Origin: an uncultured Desulfurococcaceae archaeon
Lineage (GTDB): Archaea > Thermoproteota > Thermoprotei_A > Sulfolobales > Desulfurococcaceae
Direction of reading: 5' to 3'
Assembly (NCBI GenBank): GCA_964625205.1
Contig: CAZVAW010000003.1
Location: 13,034 to 77,033, forward strand
DNA length: 64,000 bases
The notes below the pieces were generated by a model. That model had not been told where the DNA came from. It ran no database searches and worked only from the letters and a program-made list of their open reading frames with translations. How positions within the stretch are numbered: the stretch's first letter is position 1; every line of letters starts with the position of its first letter. This document shows positions 45,616-55,928 of this stretch, piece by piece. The position numbers and the translations under genes are program-made.

Positions 45616-46416
45616 CTATGGATATGTTTTCTTACTAGCAATTTCTTCATATACCTCCTTCGGTAATTTACATAGAAATCTTAGATTATCAAGTTCAATT
45701 GGATGAGGTTTAGCAACCACAATTATAGCATGCGGCGGTTTCGGGTATTCCTTATTACGTAGATGAGCTAGTTTATCGGCAACAATATATTCATCATTAA
45801 AACCAATTCTTGCTAACCCCACGCCAACCACATTTGCCAATATATTCTTCTCGTCAAGATCTAAAAGAATATCAATAGCTTCTGGTATACTCATATATTT
45901 ATTTTCATCTCTACGAAAATCAAGTAGTACTAGTGTATGAAGGTTTCTACCGAGATTATCGTATATAGTCTCTATGGTAGAATATGGTTTAAAATAATTA
46001 GGATACACAAGTGTTACTGTTTTTCCAAACCTATATACTTGTAACCCGGTTCTTGAGACTGCCAACGAATATATGGTTAAACCATTAACTACTACTACTT
46101 TTACACCTCTCCTAAGTGCTTCAACACGTATAGCGTCATGTGTGGTGGCTATAAATGGGTCTCCTGAAACTAGTATAGCTATATTTTTATGTCTCGCCTC
46201 TTCCACTAACTTATTTATAGCTTCTCCTTCTAAATCACTTCTGCTAGCAAATACTATTTCCTTGGCTCTTCCAATGAGTTTGATAAACTCTTGATCAAAG
46301 CCCTCGGTGATCCCAGTATATGTATCTACTATGATCTTGTCTACAATGTTTAAATACTTGATAGCTTCTATCGTTAAATGCTTTACGGACAACCCGAGTC
46401 CAATGAATACAAGCAA
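45616..46416 (-). CDS. dph5: Diphthine synthase
   Basis: MLVFIGLGL start, LVSGDPFIATTH and the overall tetrapyrrole-methylase-like pattern. Confidence 0.85.
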   Translation of the reverse strand: MLVFIGLGLSVKHLTIEAIKYLNIVDKIIVDTYTGITEGFDQEFIKLIGRAKEIVFASRSDLEGEAINKLVEEARHKNIAILVSGDPFIATTHDAIRVEALRRGVKVVVVNGLTIYSLAVSRTGLQVYRFGKTVTLVYPNYFKPYSTIETIYDNLGRNLHTLVLLDFRRDENKYMSIPEAIDILLDLDEKNILANVVGVGLARIGFNDEYIVADKLAHLRNKEYPKPPHAIIVVAKPHPIELDNLRFLCKLPKEVYEEIASKKTYP

Positions 46417-46432
46417 GGAAAACCAACCTTAA

Positions 46433-47221
46433 CTAATGCCTAGCAAAACGGGAGGAAACAACTAATAATACGATAATCGATATAGTTGCGAGTATCACTG
46501 TAAATGTTATACGTGACATATTTGCTCTTATAGTCGTAGTATTGGTTATCTCGGCGTGTGTAGATGTAGTTGCAATGTACTCTGTAAACCTGTTATAATA
46601 CATTAATTTTATAGTAAATACTAGGTCGCCATAGTTATTAAAAGCATCTAGTCTAATAAGCAACCCGGTTTTATTATCAACATAGACTTTATATGAGTAG
46701 CCAAATTCGGAGCCTGTCAATACGTATGTATATAGGTAGACTACCCCACTACCAATTTGTAATTCATATACTTGTTTATCTTGGAGCTTTAACGATAAAG
46801 CTTTAGCCGCGATAGGGGAGGACTTGTCTACTGGTTCATTCCAATCTTTAACGGGAACAGGAACGGTTAATAGTATAGGTGAAGAACTAGACATGGTTAT
46901 ATACTCGATGTTCTGCACAGATGGTATATACATTGATAAGTCAAATATTTTTACTGAACCATATTTCTTACTTAATGAACCATATACTCCATTATATTTT
47001 ACCTCTAAGGTGAAGTATAGTTCCGTGGAAATATACTTGTCAACAATGTCTACTTCATAGTAATCAGTGGAATAAGGGACATTATTGCGATAGTATATGA
47101 TTTCATATAGTAGTTTATCGTCTTTTTCGAGATAAGAAGCTAGATCAGCCCCTACGTTCACTGGGTAAATACCAACAACTACTAATACGATCAGTATTAC
47201 TAGTGGTTTTTTGAATTCCAA
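46433..47221 (-). CDS. Secreted protein with C-terminal TM anchor
   Basis: Signal-like KKPLVILIVLVVVGIYPVNVGA. Anchor FTVILATISIIVLLVVSSRFARH. Confidence 0.55.
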   Translation of the reverse strand: MEFKKPLVILIVLVVVGIYPVNVGADLASYLEKDDKLLYEIIYYRNNVPYSTDYYEVDIVDKYISTELYFTLEVKYNGVYGSLSKKYGSVKIFDLSMYIPSVQNIEYITMSSSSPILLTVPVPVKDWNEPVDKSSPIAAKALSLKLQDKQVYELQIGSGVVYLYTYVLTGSEFGYSYKVYVDNKTGLLIRLDAFNNYGDLVFTIKLMYYNRFTEYIATTSTHAEITNTTTIRANMSRITFTVILATISIIVLLVVSSRFARH

Positions 47222-47296
47222 AATAGTTCACCAATCTCACTCTATGTATAGACAAAGTCTCTTAATAAGCTTAATAACCTTGCTAAGTAGGTATAG

Positions 47297-48007
47297 CTAT
47301 TTTTCTTTTTTCTCCTCTTCTTCTCTAGGGTATAATTGCCTCATACGTTTAATTTCCATAAAGACTTTCCTAATTAAGCTAATTAGCTTATCTGGGTCGA
47401 GCTTATAGATTGTAAACTCGTACGAGTAGAAACTACCCTCTACAATAGCGTCTTCAACTGGTTCTGGTAAAACTGCTAATAGCCTATAGATTCTTAGATC
47501 AACATTATTTATTTTAATAGTTGCTAGTAGTTCACGCGATTTCTTCATATAGATTGCTGCATATCCTTCTTCCTTATCTATCTTCACAGGATCTAGTATA
47601 GTTACGTGAACGCCTCTATACCCGTAGTAACTCACCACTACATAGTACTTATTAGTTTTTAATACACTCGTATATGGTGGTGGGGGTGTTTCAAGTAATT
47701 CTACATGTGTAGTATTCAACGTATTTGCTACTTTACTTATTACGTCCACGAAGATCTTAGCTTCATTTAATACATTGTGTGCTATTTTATGTGCTACTAT
47801 ATATGTTAAAACGTTTATTGGCACAATGACTAGTGCTACAAGATATATTAATAGATGTACAAGATTTAATATACGAAAGACCACTATTAATACAATCGAT
47901 GAAGCTAGGGCGAGAATTATAGATACTATAATGCCGGTTGTAATAGCATGCGAGTATGCTTCTTTAGACAGTAGGTCGATGTACTCCTCCTTGTACTCTA
48001 GCTCCAA
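47297..48007 (-). CDS. Hypothetical membrane protein (two TM segments plus soluble C-terminal domain)
   Basis: TGIIVSIILALASSIVLIVVF and LLIYLVALVIVPINVLTYIV, then a PPPPY linker and an acidic tail. Confidence 0.5.
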   Translation of the reverse strand: MELEYKEEYIDLLSKEAYSHAITTGIIVSIILALASSIVLIVVFRILNLVHLLIYLVALVIVPINVLTYIVAHKIAHNVLNEAKIFVDVISKVANTLNTTHVELLETPPPPYTSVLKTNKYYVVVSYYGYRGVHVTILDPVKIDKEEGYAAIYMKKSRELLATIKINNVDLRIYRLLAVLPEPVEDAIVEGSFYSYEFTIYKLDPDKLISLIRKVFMEIKRMRQLYPREEEEKKEK

Positions 48008-48021
48008 TTACTGCACCTACT

Positions 48022-49407
48022 TTAGCTACGTACTACTTTCAATACTAAATATATTAAATAGAGGTTATATAGTGACGCATAGATTACATATGATATGTTT
48101 ATCCCCATGTACATCAATGAGAAAAACCAATAGGCATTTGCACGGAAATACTCCGCTAAGATATACTGTAGAGTAAATGGATCGAATGAACGACTCGCTA
48201 GATCGGTTGCCGAGTAATAGGATAAGTCTTCTATTATGAAAACAGAGCCTTGAACTACAAATGCTGTATAAAAGGTTGTGAATGGAGCTATTATTACCAT
48301 TACTATCGATATGAATATGTAGAGTGTTGCGAACAAAGTATCCTTATATAGTTTCTTATATGTCGCGTATATTGTTATGAACGGTAAAGCCCATATGAAG
48401 TAGTTTATATTTCCAACCTTATTGAATAAGAAAGATATTAGGAAAACAAGCACGTAATACTTAGTTACTATAACTTCATCTACTCTTTTTTCACGCCATA
48501 ACATTAGAAGTACAGTTATAAGAGCTAATAGGTAAAATGGGGTCCAAGTATACTTTAACCAAGAAGGTAGAACGGTTACATCATAATTAGCGATATAGAT
48601 CGGGATCGCCCATAGACTATATTCTTGTGGATAACGATTTACATGGAAAAACACGGCTTTATACAGAAAAGAACTCGGATCTACACATAGGTATGGAGCC
48701 ATTACTAGTAAAGCCGTTGCAAACCCTACCACTATATATGTGGCTATTTTTCTATACTCGCGTTTTTTAAACATGATCGTCAACGGTACAAAAGCGGTTA
48801 CCACAGCTAAAGGCTTAACTAAACCAGCCAATGCTGTATAAAATGCCGATTTAACAATGTCGTTTCTACGCGTATATGCTGTGAATCCTAGTAAGAGAAA
48901 TAGTGCAGCCAATAAGTCTGCGTGGTAATTAAATATTGTTATGTACGAGAATTGGCTTAAAAGCCATAATAACCCTGCTTTCCAATCATAGTTTTTTCTT
49001 AGATAATAATATATTAGGTTGAAAGTAATAACTAAGGGGAGTTTATCTATTAATCTAATGATCTGGAGCGAATTTGTTATCGACGAAGCTATTGAATGTG
49101 TAAATATGAATAACCATATAGGTAGTGGTGGGTAAGCTGCTTTAGTAGCATATACATAGACATATAGTATTCCACGTGGTATAACTAGAAACGTAGGCAG
49201 TAGTGATGCGTGGAAATTATTTATTATAAGGACATAACCATTGCCCCAAGTAATATCAACCCATTCATAGTAGTACCGGACATCGTAGTATAGCCAGGAG
49301 AACGGGATAAACGCTAATAAATATATATTAGCAGCTATGAATAACAATAAGCCTTTACGATATGTTAAAAACCATATTATTGCTTCTAATACCTTGTTTC
49401 TCCTCAA
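48022..49407 (-). CDS. Polytopic membrane protein, GT-C glycosyltransferase-like (DUF2029-like)
   Basis: At least 10 hydrophobic segments. First loop YYDVRYYYEWVDITWGNGY resembles the acidic/aromatic loop of GT-C mannosyltransferase-type proteins. Assigned by pattern only. Confidence 0.5.
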   Translation of the reverse strand: MRRNKVLEAIIWFLTYRKGLLLFIAANIYLLAFIPFSWLYYDVRYYYEWVDITWGNGYVLIINNFHASLLPTFLVIPRGILYVYVYATKAAYPPLPIWLFIFTHSIASSITNSLQIIRLIDKLPLVITFNLIYYYLRKNYDWKAGLLWLLSQFSYITIFNYHADLLAALFLLLGFTAYTRRNDIVKSAFYTALAGLVKPLAVVTAFVPLTIMFKKREYRKIATYIVVGFATALLVMAPYLCVDPSSFLYKAVFFHVNRYPQEYSLWAIPIYIANYDVTVLPSWLKYTWTPFYLLALITVLLMLWREKRVDEVIVTKYYVLVFLISFLFNKVGNINYFIWALPFITIYATYKKLYKDTLFATLYIFISIVMVIIAPFTTFYTAFVVQGSVFIIEDLSYYSATDLASRSFDPFTLQYILAEYFRANAYWFFSLMYMGINISYVIYASLYNLYLIYLVLKVVRS

Positions 49408-49413
49408 CTATAT

Positions 49414-52400
49414 TTACCGTTGCCGTGTTCTTCTCAACAATATTATTGTTATCAAAGATATAATCATTACCCCTCCTATATAACTGGGTTCTGGTAATGG
49501 TTTTGCAACATAATAATCTCTTGAACCAAGATATAATAGTTTCTGCTTTACCGCTGGTAGGTAGCTACCATTACCTTTGAAATAAACTCGTACATATACC
49601 CAACCATACAGTCTAGGGTCTTTAATAACTAGTGTTCCATTTGTATAGAATGTTTTTCCTATTAATAAGTTCTTCTCTAGATCATATACTTCAATGCGGA
49701 TAAGACCCTCTGCGGGTCTTCCAAGAATATCTTTGGTTTCAACAATAATACTTCCCCTAGAGACGTTGATCTTGACTGGCATTGGATAAACTGTTAAATA
49801 CGTCTTATTGATTATTCGTATGTATCTCGTCTCAAGTATAGTGGTTATTTCTTTATAACCAGGTTCTATTGGTATCCACGTTATGGATCTGTTACCGGGC
49901 TTTAACGTATATACTTTATCATCTATTATTACTTTAACCAGTGCTTCATCCATAATTACGGGAGGAATGATATAAGTGTTTAGAGCAATCTTTACTGGGA
50001 CTAAGGTATACGTTGATTTATTCAATACTATGTAATCTTCTAGTTTTTCATTACTAAAGTTATGTATTATTGATGGCATGGTTTTTACGATGATCCGGGC
50101 GTACGGTTTTATAATTGATACGTTAAACCTATACATGTTTGGCTCGTAGACAAAACTATAGTTTTGTGGATATATTACTACTGTGTAATTACTAGGTTTT
50201 ATTTCACTAGTATCAATTATAGAAACACCATTAATGTTGAAGATATAACCATTGTTTTCACTATTAAATACTACTCGTAGAGGTACTGACAAGTTTCTCC
50301 ACGTGGTATTCTCGATATATTCCCGTGTATTAATCAATAGCGGTGATCCATAGATAACGATCGTATCATTTTCTAAACTCGTATTATCCATTAGGTCAAT
50401 AATATCGACGTACAACCTTAGCTTATTAACCGTATAATTACCACTTAACACTTTCTCTTCATAATATATCGAAGTCGCAACATATTTAACTATAAAGCTA
50501 TAGTTTCCAGGTAAAACGATATACTTGTTGATACTTATCTGCATGCTTGAACTATTAATCTCTACAGTATAGTTGGAGACTAACTCATATTTGTTCATCG
50601 TTGTATTATATACCTTTAGCTCCAGGATCCCATTATTTAGTCTAGATGAAAACCATGTGCCATCTTCAACTATATAACTATATGTTAGATTTAGGGATAT
50701 AGTATAGGTAGTCAATGCTGGGTATTGCATGAAATACCTCATGTTTATTTCTACGGGATATTTGATTAAGAAAATACTTTTAGTTAGTTTTGTAGGCGCG
50801 TAATATGTTGTTCCTTGATATTTCACATATATCTCATAACTTCCCGGATACTTCACATATGTAAACACGTAATTATATACTCCATTGCCTAGATCGTATG
50901 GGAAGAACTCATATGTTATCGTTTCATTCCTTATACCTACTCTTAATACTGGCTTTTGTCTCGGCAGTTCTTTCCACGTATTACTTTTAAAATCTAAGTA
51001 TTGGAGCTTAAATGTTACACTTAATCCATTTATGTAGAGATTAGGTGTTAATATATTAAGTTTAGGTTTTAACAATATTATTCTCGTCTTATATCTAACG
51101 TTTACGATATATATGTTATCCAGTTTTTTAATATAAGTTATAGTATCGGGTATGTTTCCGCCGTCGATCCATTCGTTGATCCGGTATCTTGTGTATAAGA
51201 TTAAGTCGATATAATAGGTCCCAACATTATCAAATACTATCGTGTTTGAATATTGTTTACCGCCATAGAATCGATCCTTATAAATCACTACTCCATATGC
51301 ATTCTCTACCATTAGGTATCCGTACGAGATCTTTGTTGATTCATAATATATAATTGTTTCTAAGTATCTGCATGTTTCATCAGTGCAGTTAAAGTTTGTA
51401 TAGACTACTGGTTTATCAAACCAGACGATAAATGCCCTATTATTATAAACCTTAGGGTGCATCCCCATTACCCCGTATGGGTAGTAGGAGTAGGGTGTGT
51501 AGTCACAGTAGTACATTATAAACACATACTCATTTACACCATCACCATCAATATCGAACTTACGGGGATTAATAGTTGCAGGCGGATAAACCGTGTATTG
51601 TGGTACTACCGGGTAGTATTTGTTTACGTGGAATAAAAGCTCTACGCCATTAGCGTAAAATGTGTTTAGATTAACAGCATATACTTCATTACCTAATCTA
51701 TTAACCGTGACCTGAAATCTTCGCCTGTCACCTGGTATTTTCTTAGACCATATAAGATATATCCGGTCTCCACGCCAATCGTATTTTATCAGAGCAGATA
51801 CTAGTTTATTATTACTACTATAAGCTAATACACCGACATACAGATATAATCCGTATCGATCAGGGACTATGCTAGTGATCGCTACTATAGTATATAATAC
51901 ATTATTTACCCATATTCCACGACCAAGTATTGTACGTGTATATATCCTATTATAATACGTATCATATACTAAAACACCGGTAATCCTCTCGATTCTAAAG
52001 TAAATACCGTTTTCAGAGCGAGCCGGGCTTTGATAGACAAACTTACCTAGGGGTATTACTAAATCGCCAAACGAGAAAATCATTTGGAGGCGTTGCGGGC
52101 TTCTCCAGTAATTCGTCATAGTACCTGGGTTTGAAGTATAACCCGCTACTGAAACGGCTGGTTCACGACGTGCAACTACTATTTGATTATCTGTCCATCG
52201 ACTAGGCCCTATTGTCGCCTCACGTAGAATACTTATCGAACCAGATTTATAAGCTACTCTAATTATCTTATCTAAACCCATAGTGATTATAAACATGTGG
52301 TTCAAAATACCAGTTATGTAGACCTCATAGTTTGTTGTATAATCATTTGTATTTGGTAATCCTGGATCGTAGAGATAGTTTGTATAATATGTTTTAATAT

Positions 52401-53091
52401 TATAGAGTCTTGTGTTTAACGTTTTAGTATCTAACATGAATAATCCTATTTTTGAATAGAATTTCTTATAGTAGAAACCATTTGATACATAATAGTTAAC
52501 AACCGTTGGTATGAATAATTTTCTGTTGTAGAAGTAATAGGTTGTTGTCACTATGAATATTCCGCGATAAGTTTTCAATAACCGTTTATACCCGGTATTG
52601 GGATACCATATTGTAACAGTTGATTTAATAGAATTTAGTTCCGAGCGACTGTATATTCTAGCGTCGAGGTAAGAGTTTTCTACTACAACAACATAGTCGG
52701 TCACACCGTCTTTATCCACGTCAACCGGAATAGGTCTAGAGATATACATGTTTATGCCGGCATAATAAAATGCATAAACTCCTTTACTAATACTCCAAAC
52801 TATTAATTTCGTTGGATACCATATAAGCAAGTCTGGGTATGCATCCTTGTCAATGTCTAAGACAAAATAATCGCGAACCATTGAGTCTTTAAAACTAGTT
52901 CCAACCGGTAACCCTATATATTTCATGTAATAAGAATTACTTAGAACATGTTTATCCGCTAAGTACTTGGAATAATATATTCCGTCTTCTATTAACGAGT
53001 ATTTTATATCACTATGTAACTGGATAGGCCAGTGTATTAGTGACATAGTTAAAGCTATGACTAGTAATGCCGTGTACCACTTTGATCTCAT
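49414..53091 (-). CDS. Giant (1225 aa) surface protein: FG-GAP/VCBS-like Ca-binding repeats, repeated beta-sandwich-like modules, C-terminal TM anchor
   Basis: Signal-like WYTALLVIALTMSLI. DxDxDG-type loops LDIDKDAYPD, VDVDKDGVTD and FDIDGDGVNE. At least 22 N-x-S/T sequons in the C-terminal half. Anchor GGVMIISLITIILLRRTRQR. Confidence 0.7.
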   Translation of the reverse strand: MRSKWYTALLVIALTMSLIHWPIQLHSDIKYSLIEDGIYYSKYLADKHVLSNSYYMKYIGLPVGTSFKDSMVRDYFVLDIDKDAYPDLLIWYPTKLIVWSISKGVYAFYYAGINMYISRPIPVDVDKDGVTDYVVVVENSYLDARIYSRSELNSIKSTVTIWYPNTGYKRLLKTYRGIFIVTTTYYFYNRKLFIPTVVNYYVSNGFYYKKFYSKIGLFMLDTKTLNTRLYNIKTYYTNYLYDPGLPNTNDYTTNYEVYITGILNHMFIITMGLDKIIRVAYKSGSISILREATIGPSRWTDNQIVVARREPAVSVAGYTSNPGTMTNYWRSPQRLQMIFSFGDLVIPLGKFVYQSPARSENGIYFRIERITGVLVYDTYYNRIYTRTILGRGIWVNNVLYTIVAITSIVPDRYGLYLYVGVLAYSSNNKLVSALIKYDWRGDRIYLIWSKKIPGDRRRFQVTVNRLGNEVYAVNLNTFYANGVELLFHVNKYYPVVPQYTVYPPATINPRKFDIDGDGVNEYVFIMYYCDYTPYSYYPYGVMGMHPKVYNNRAFIVWFDKPVVYTNFNCTDETCRYLETIIYYESTKISYGYLMVENAYGVVIYKDRFYGGKQYSNTIVFDNVGTYYIDLILYTRYRINEWIDGGNIPDTITYIKKLDNIYIVNVRYKTRIILLKPKLNILTPNLYINGLSVTFKLQYLDFKSNTWKELPRQKPVLRVGIRNETITYEFFPYDLGNGVYNYVFTYVKYPGSYEIYVKYQGTTYYAPTKLTKSIFLIKYPVEINMRYFMQYPALTTYTISLNLTYSYIVEDGTWFSSRLNNGILELKVYNTTMNKYELVSNYTVEINSSSMQISINKYIVLPGNYSFIVKYVATSIYYEEKVLSGNYTVNKLRLYVDIIDLMDNTSLENDTIVIYGSPLLINTREYIENTTWRNLSVPLRVVFNSENNGYIFNINGVSIIDTSEIKPSNYTVVIYPQNYSFVYEPNMYRFNVSIIKPYARIIVKTMPSIIHNFSNEKLEDYIVLNKSTYTLVPVKIALNTYIIPPVIMDEALVKVIIDDKVYTLKPGNRSITWIPIEPGYKEITTILETRYIRIINKTYLTVYPMPVKINVSRGSIIVETKDILGRPAEGLIRIEVYDLEKNLLIGKTFYTNGTLVIKDPRLYGWVYVRVYFKGNGSYLPAVKQKLLYLGSRDYYVAKPLPEPSYIGGVMIISLITIILLRRTRQR

Positions 53092-53164
53092 TAGTCACAC
53101 CTATATATGGTGGAGAAGATTAGATTATGGTGGTTAAGGAAAAGCTTTTATAAGGTTGACAGAT

Positions 53165-53962
53165 ATGGGGTTCAACGAAACTAATGCTTACGTCTACGTT
53201 AAACTAGGTGGAAGTTTCATAACATATAAGGAGAAACCATTTAGTATAAACTATGAAGCACTTGAGAAAACAATAGAGATCCTCTATAATGTTAGGGATA
53301 AAGTGAAACTAATACTTGGAAACGGTGGAGGTAGTTTTGCACATACAGTTGTTAAGGCTTATAAGGGGAAAAACCCAGTTTTAACCCTCACTATGTGTCA
53401 AAACAGCACACGTAAACTCAACACTATTATCGTGAATTACCTAGTTTCCCATGGTATACAAGCTACAAGTATACAGACCTCTGCGGTTATAATTGAGGAA
53501 AATACTACCTATCGTGTTTTCCCGGACCCGATAAGTTTTGCACTAAGAAATAATATCATACCAGTATTATATGGCGAATGTATATTCTCAACTAATACTA
53601 TCTATAAGATAGTGTCTACTGAGGAGGTTTTCAAGATCTTAGCGAGGCATTTCAAGCCTCAACATATAGTGTTACTAACTGATGTTGAAGGAGTATATAC
53701 TTGTAACCCAAGTACCTGTAGTGAAGCCAAACTAATTAGATACATAGGTAATGATAATCTAGAGCAGGTATTAGAAACACTAGAAAGTACTAGTGCAAGT
53801 GATGCAACAGGTAGCATCTATGGTAAAGTCTTGTTAATGTCAAAATTGTCAAGAGAACTTAATGTAAAAATATATATTGTTTCTGGTTTTAACGTTGAAG
53901 AAGCCATCAACGCTATATTGGGTAAGGAACCAAATATCGGTACTGTGATCGACACACGTTAA
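53165..53962 (+). CDS. Amino-acid-kinase-fold protein, isopentenyl phosphate kinase family
   Basis: VKLGGSFITYKEKP, LILGNGGGSFAH, TDVEGVY and DATGSIYGKV. The track ORF opens at TTG 53156. Confidence 0.72.
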   Translation: MGFNETNAYVYVKLGGSFITYKEKPFSINYEALEKTIEILYNVRDKVKLILGNGGGSFAHTVVKAYKGKNPVLTLTMCQNSTRKLNTIIVNYLVSHGIQATSIQTSAVIIEENTTYRVFPDPISFALRNNIIPVLYGECIFSTNTIYKIVSTEEVFKILARHFKPQHIVLLTDVEGVYTCNPSTCSEAKLIRYIGNDNLEQVLETLESTSASDATGSIYGKVLLMSKLSRELNVKIYIVSGFNVEEAINAILGKEPNIGTVIDTR

Positions 53963-54378
53963 ACGACATAGATCGTTAACATATGATCTATTTCTTCATA
54001 GAAAGACTTCTTCTTACTAGATAAAACGACTAAAAGCTCCTCGCTATTAAACACGATATACTCGAAGAAAAACATGCCTGGTAATATTATTGTATAGTAC
54101 TCATCGTAGTAGGTTTTAACATATCTTACCTCGTAAAAATCCATAAGCCGTTGAATCAATTTTACCTCCCCGTCGCCTATGTATGGTTTTAACTCCTCTC
54201 TGAAATATACGTAGATGTACTTTTTCTTATTAGATGCTTCACGGTAGTGCTTATACCCATTAACTATAACTGTGCGTGGTCTTACCTCAAAAGATGTTTC
54301 TGGAGATATTATTTTGAGATATTCGCTCGTATAATCAACTATCAAATACCCGTTTTTCCATGGTATTTTCCTACGCAT
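53959..54378 (-). CDS. Hypothetical protein
   Basis: ORF only; Tyr-rich; no motif recognised. Confidence 0.4.
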   Translation of the reverse strand: MRRKIPWKNGYLIVDYTSEYLKIISPETSFEVRPRTVIVNGYKHYREASNKKKYIYVYFREELKPYIGDGEVKLIQRLMDFYEVRYVKTYYDEYYTIILPGMFFFEYIVFNSEELLVVLSSKKKSFYEEIDHMLTIYVV

Positions 54379-54469
54379 TACTATCCTCTCATAGAGGGTA
54401 AGTTTAATTTACCTCAATAGTTATGTATAGGTGAAGAGAATATAAGAGAGATGCTAATGTGGTGATAAA

Positions 54470-54691
54470 ATGCCTAAAACACCTAGTGTAGTACTTCGTG
54501 ATAAAATGTTAAAGAAAGGGCTTGAACTACTAGATATTTATCATATGAAGGATAAAGACCTAATCAGATTTAAGGATAGAATGACTGGAAAAGTCTATTT
54601 AATTGAGTCAAAGAAGCATGTAAGAGATCTGGTTGAGGATAAGGATTACGACGAGTTAATTAATAAAATGATCGAATTAACCCGTTCATGA
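54470..54691 (+). CDS. Hypothetical small protein
   Basis: ORF preceded by GGTGAT. No motif recognised. Confidence 0.4.
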   Translation: MPKTPSVVLRDKMLKKGLELLDIYHMKDKDLIRFKDRMTGKVYLIESKKHVRDLVEDKDYDELINKMIELTRS

Positions 54692-54694
54692 AAT

Positions 54695-55828
54695 TTAATA
54701 ATAACGTAGTTTAACACAGATCCTATATCTTGAATGAATTAATTCACTAAGTAGGATATCTTGTTTACTTCGTTTAGAAAGCCATAGTATGGCCTCGTAG
54801 TCTCTTAATTTAACTTCTTCTAAGTCAACGTTTAATTTCTCAGCTAATTCTTCTATATCATTTCTACTAGGGTATCTTAATTCAGATCCCTTATCAGTCA
54901 CTAAGTTTAGTCTAATCATTTTCCAACATACCTTCCTATGTGTATATAGATTAGCCATACATGCTTCTGGAAAGAATATTAGTTTATTCTTTATCACGTA
55001 TTTCCTGATCTCATTCTTTAAATCACTAGTATCTATAGACACTTGCTCCTTACCACGTGGTTTACGTGGTGCTCTTCGTAGAATCTCGTCAACTGGTAAT
55101 CCAGCGTTTTTGAGGCGTTTAATGATTGAAAGAGTTATTCTTAATGAACCAGCAACAACACCTACTGCTCCATATTCTCTAGCTTTGTCTATAATATCCA
55201 TGTAATCATCTTCGATAATACCCGGTATTATGGGGCGGAGAAAAAGAAATGGTTTAAGACCAGCTCTACGTAGATTACTTATGGCCTCGTATCTTTTCTC
55301 TGGTGATGGAACATATGGCTCTAATTTTTTCGCGTACTTAAGCGAGATGATCGTGATCAGTGGTGAAACGCCTTTATCGTTTTTCGCCAATGTTTCTGCC
55401 TCTCTTAATGACAAATACATTTTTGTAGAAAACTGTATAGGGTTTTTAAGATACTTGCTTATTTTCTCAATATAGTCGAAAGTCTTATGTCGCGTGACAC
55501 CATGGAAAGGTTCTGTAACTGACCCAATAGCTATAAGTGAACCATTCCCACCTGGTATGAAATAGGGATTTACTAATAATGCATATACTAGTTGATAACC
55601 ATTTAATGGATATTCTTTAATACTCCATGGAAACCCCATATCGCCTATGTAGCAATATAGGCATTTTAAACTACAACCTATTCCAGTATGTATTGTGAAT
55701 CCACAGGGACGTGGTTTTCTATGAGCGTGATGATCTCTTTCTGCTTCTTTTATTTCACTTGGTTTTAAAACCTTTCTTATCTCATCTTTTAATACTCTTT
55801 TAATATTGAGCTCGTTGATCTCAATCAT
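54695..55828 (-). CDS. Radical SAM protein (SplB/COG1533-like)
   Basis: CxxxCxxC cluster GCSLKCLYCY. Confidence 0.72.
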   Translation of the reverse strand: MIEINELNIKRVLKDEIRKVLKPSEIKEAERDHHAHRKPRPCGFTIHTGIGCSLKCLYCYIGDMGFPWSIKEYPLNGYQLVYALLVNPYFIPGGNGSLIAIGSVTEPFHGVTRHKTFDYIEKISKYLKNPIQFSTKMYLSLREAETLAKNDKGVSPLITIISLKYAKKLEPYVPSPEKRYEAISNLRRAGLKPFLFLRPIIPGIIEDDYMDIIDKAREYGAVGVVAGSLRITLSIIKRLKNAGLPVDEILRRAPRKPRGKEQVSIDTSDLKNEIRKYVIKNKLIFFPEACMANLYTHRKVCWKMIRLNLVTDKGSELRYPSRNDIEELAEKLNVDLEEVKLRDYEAILWLSKRSKQDILLSELIHSRYRICVKLRYY

Positions 55829-55928
55829 CTAATTAAACACCCATACATATCATTTTTAATTAGGTTTAAACCTCTAGATATTATTTATAGGCGTGTATAA
55901 ATGCTACGGATAAGGTGGGTATGCCTAA

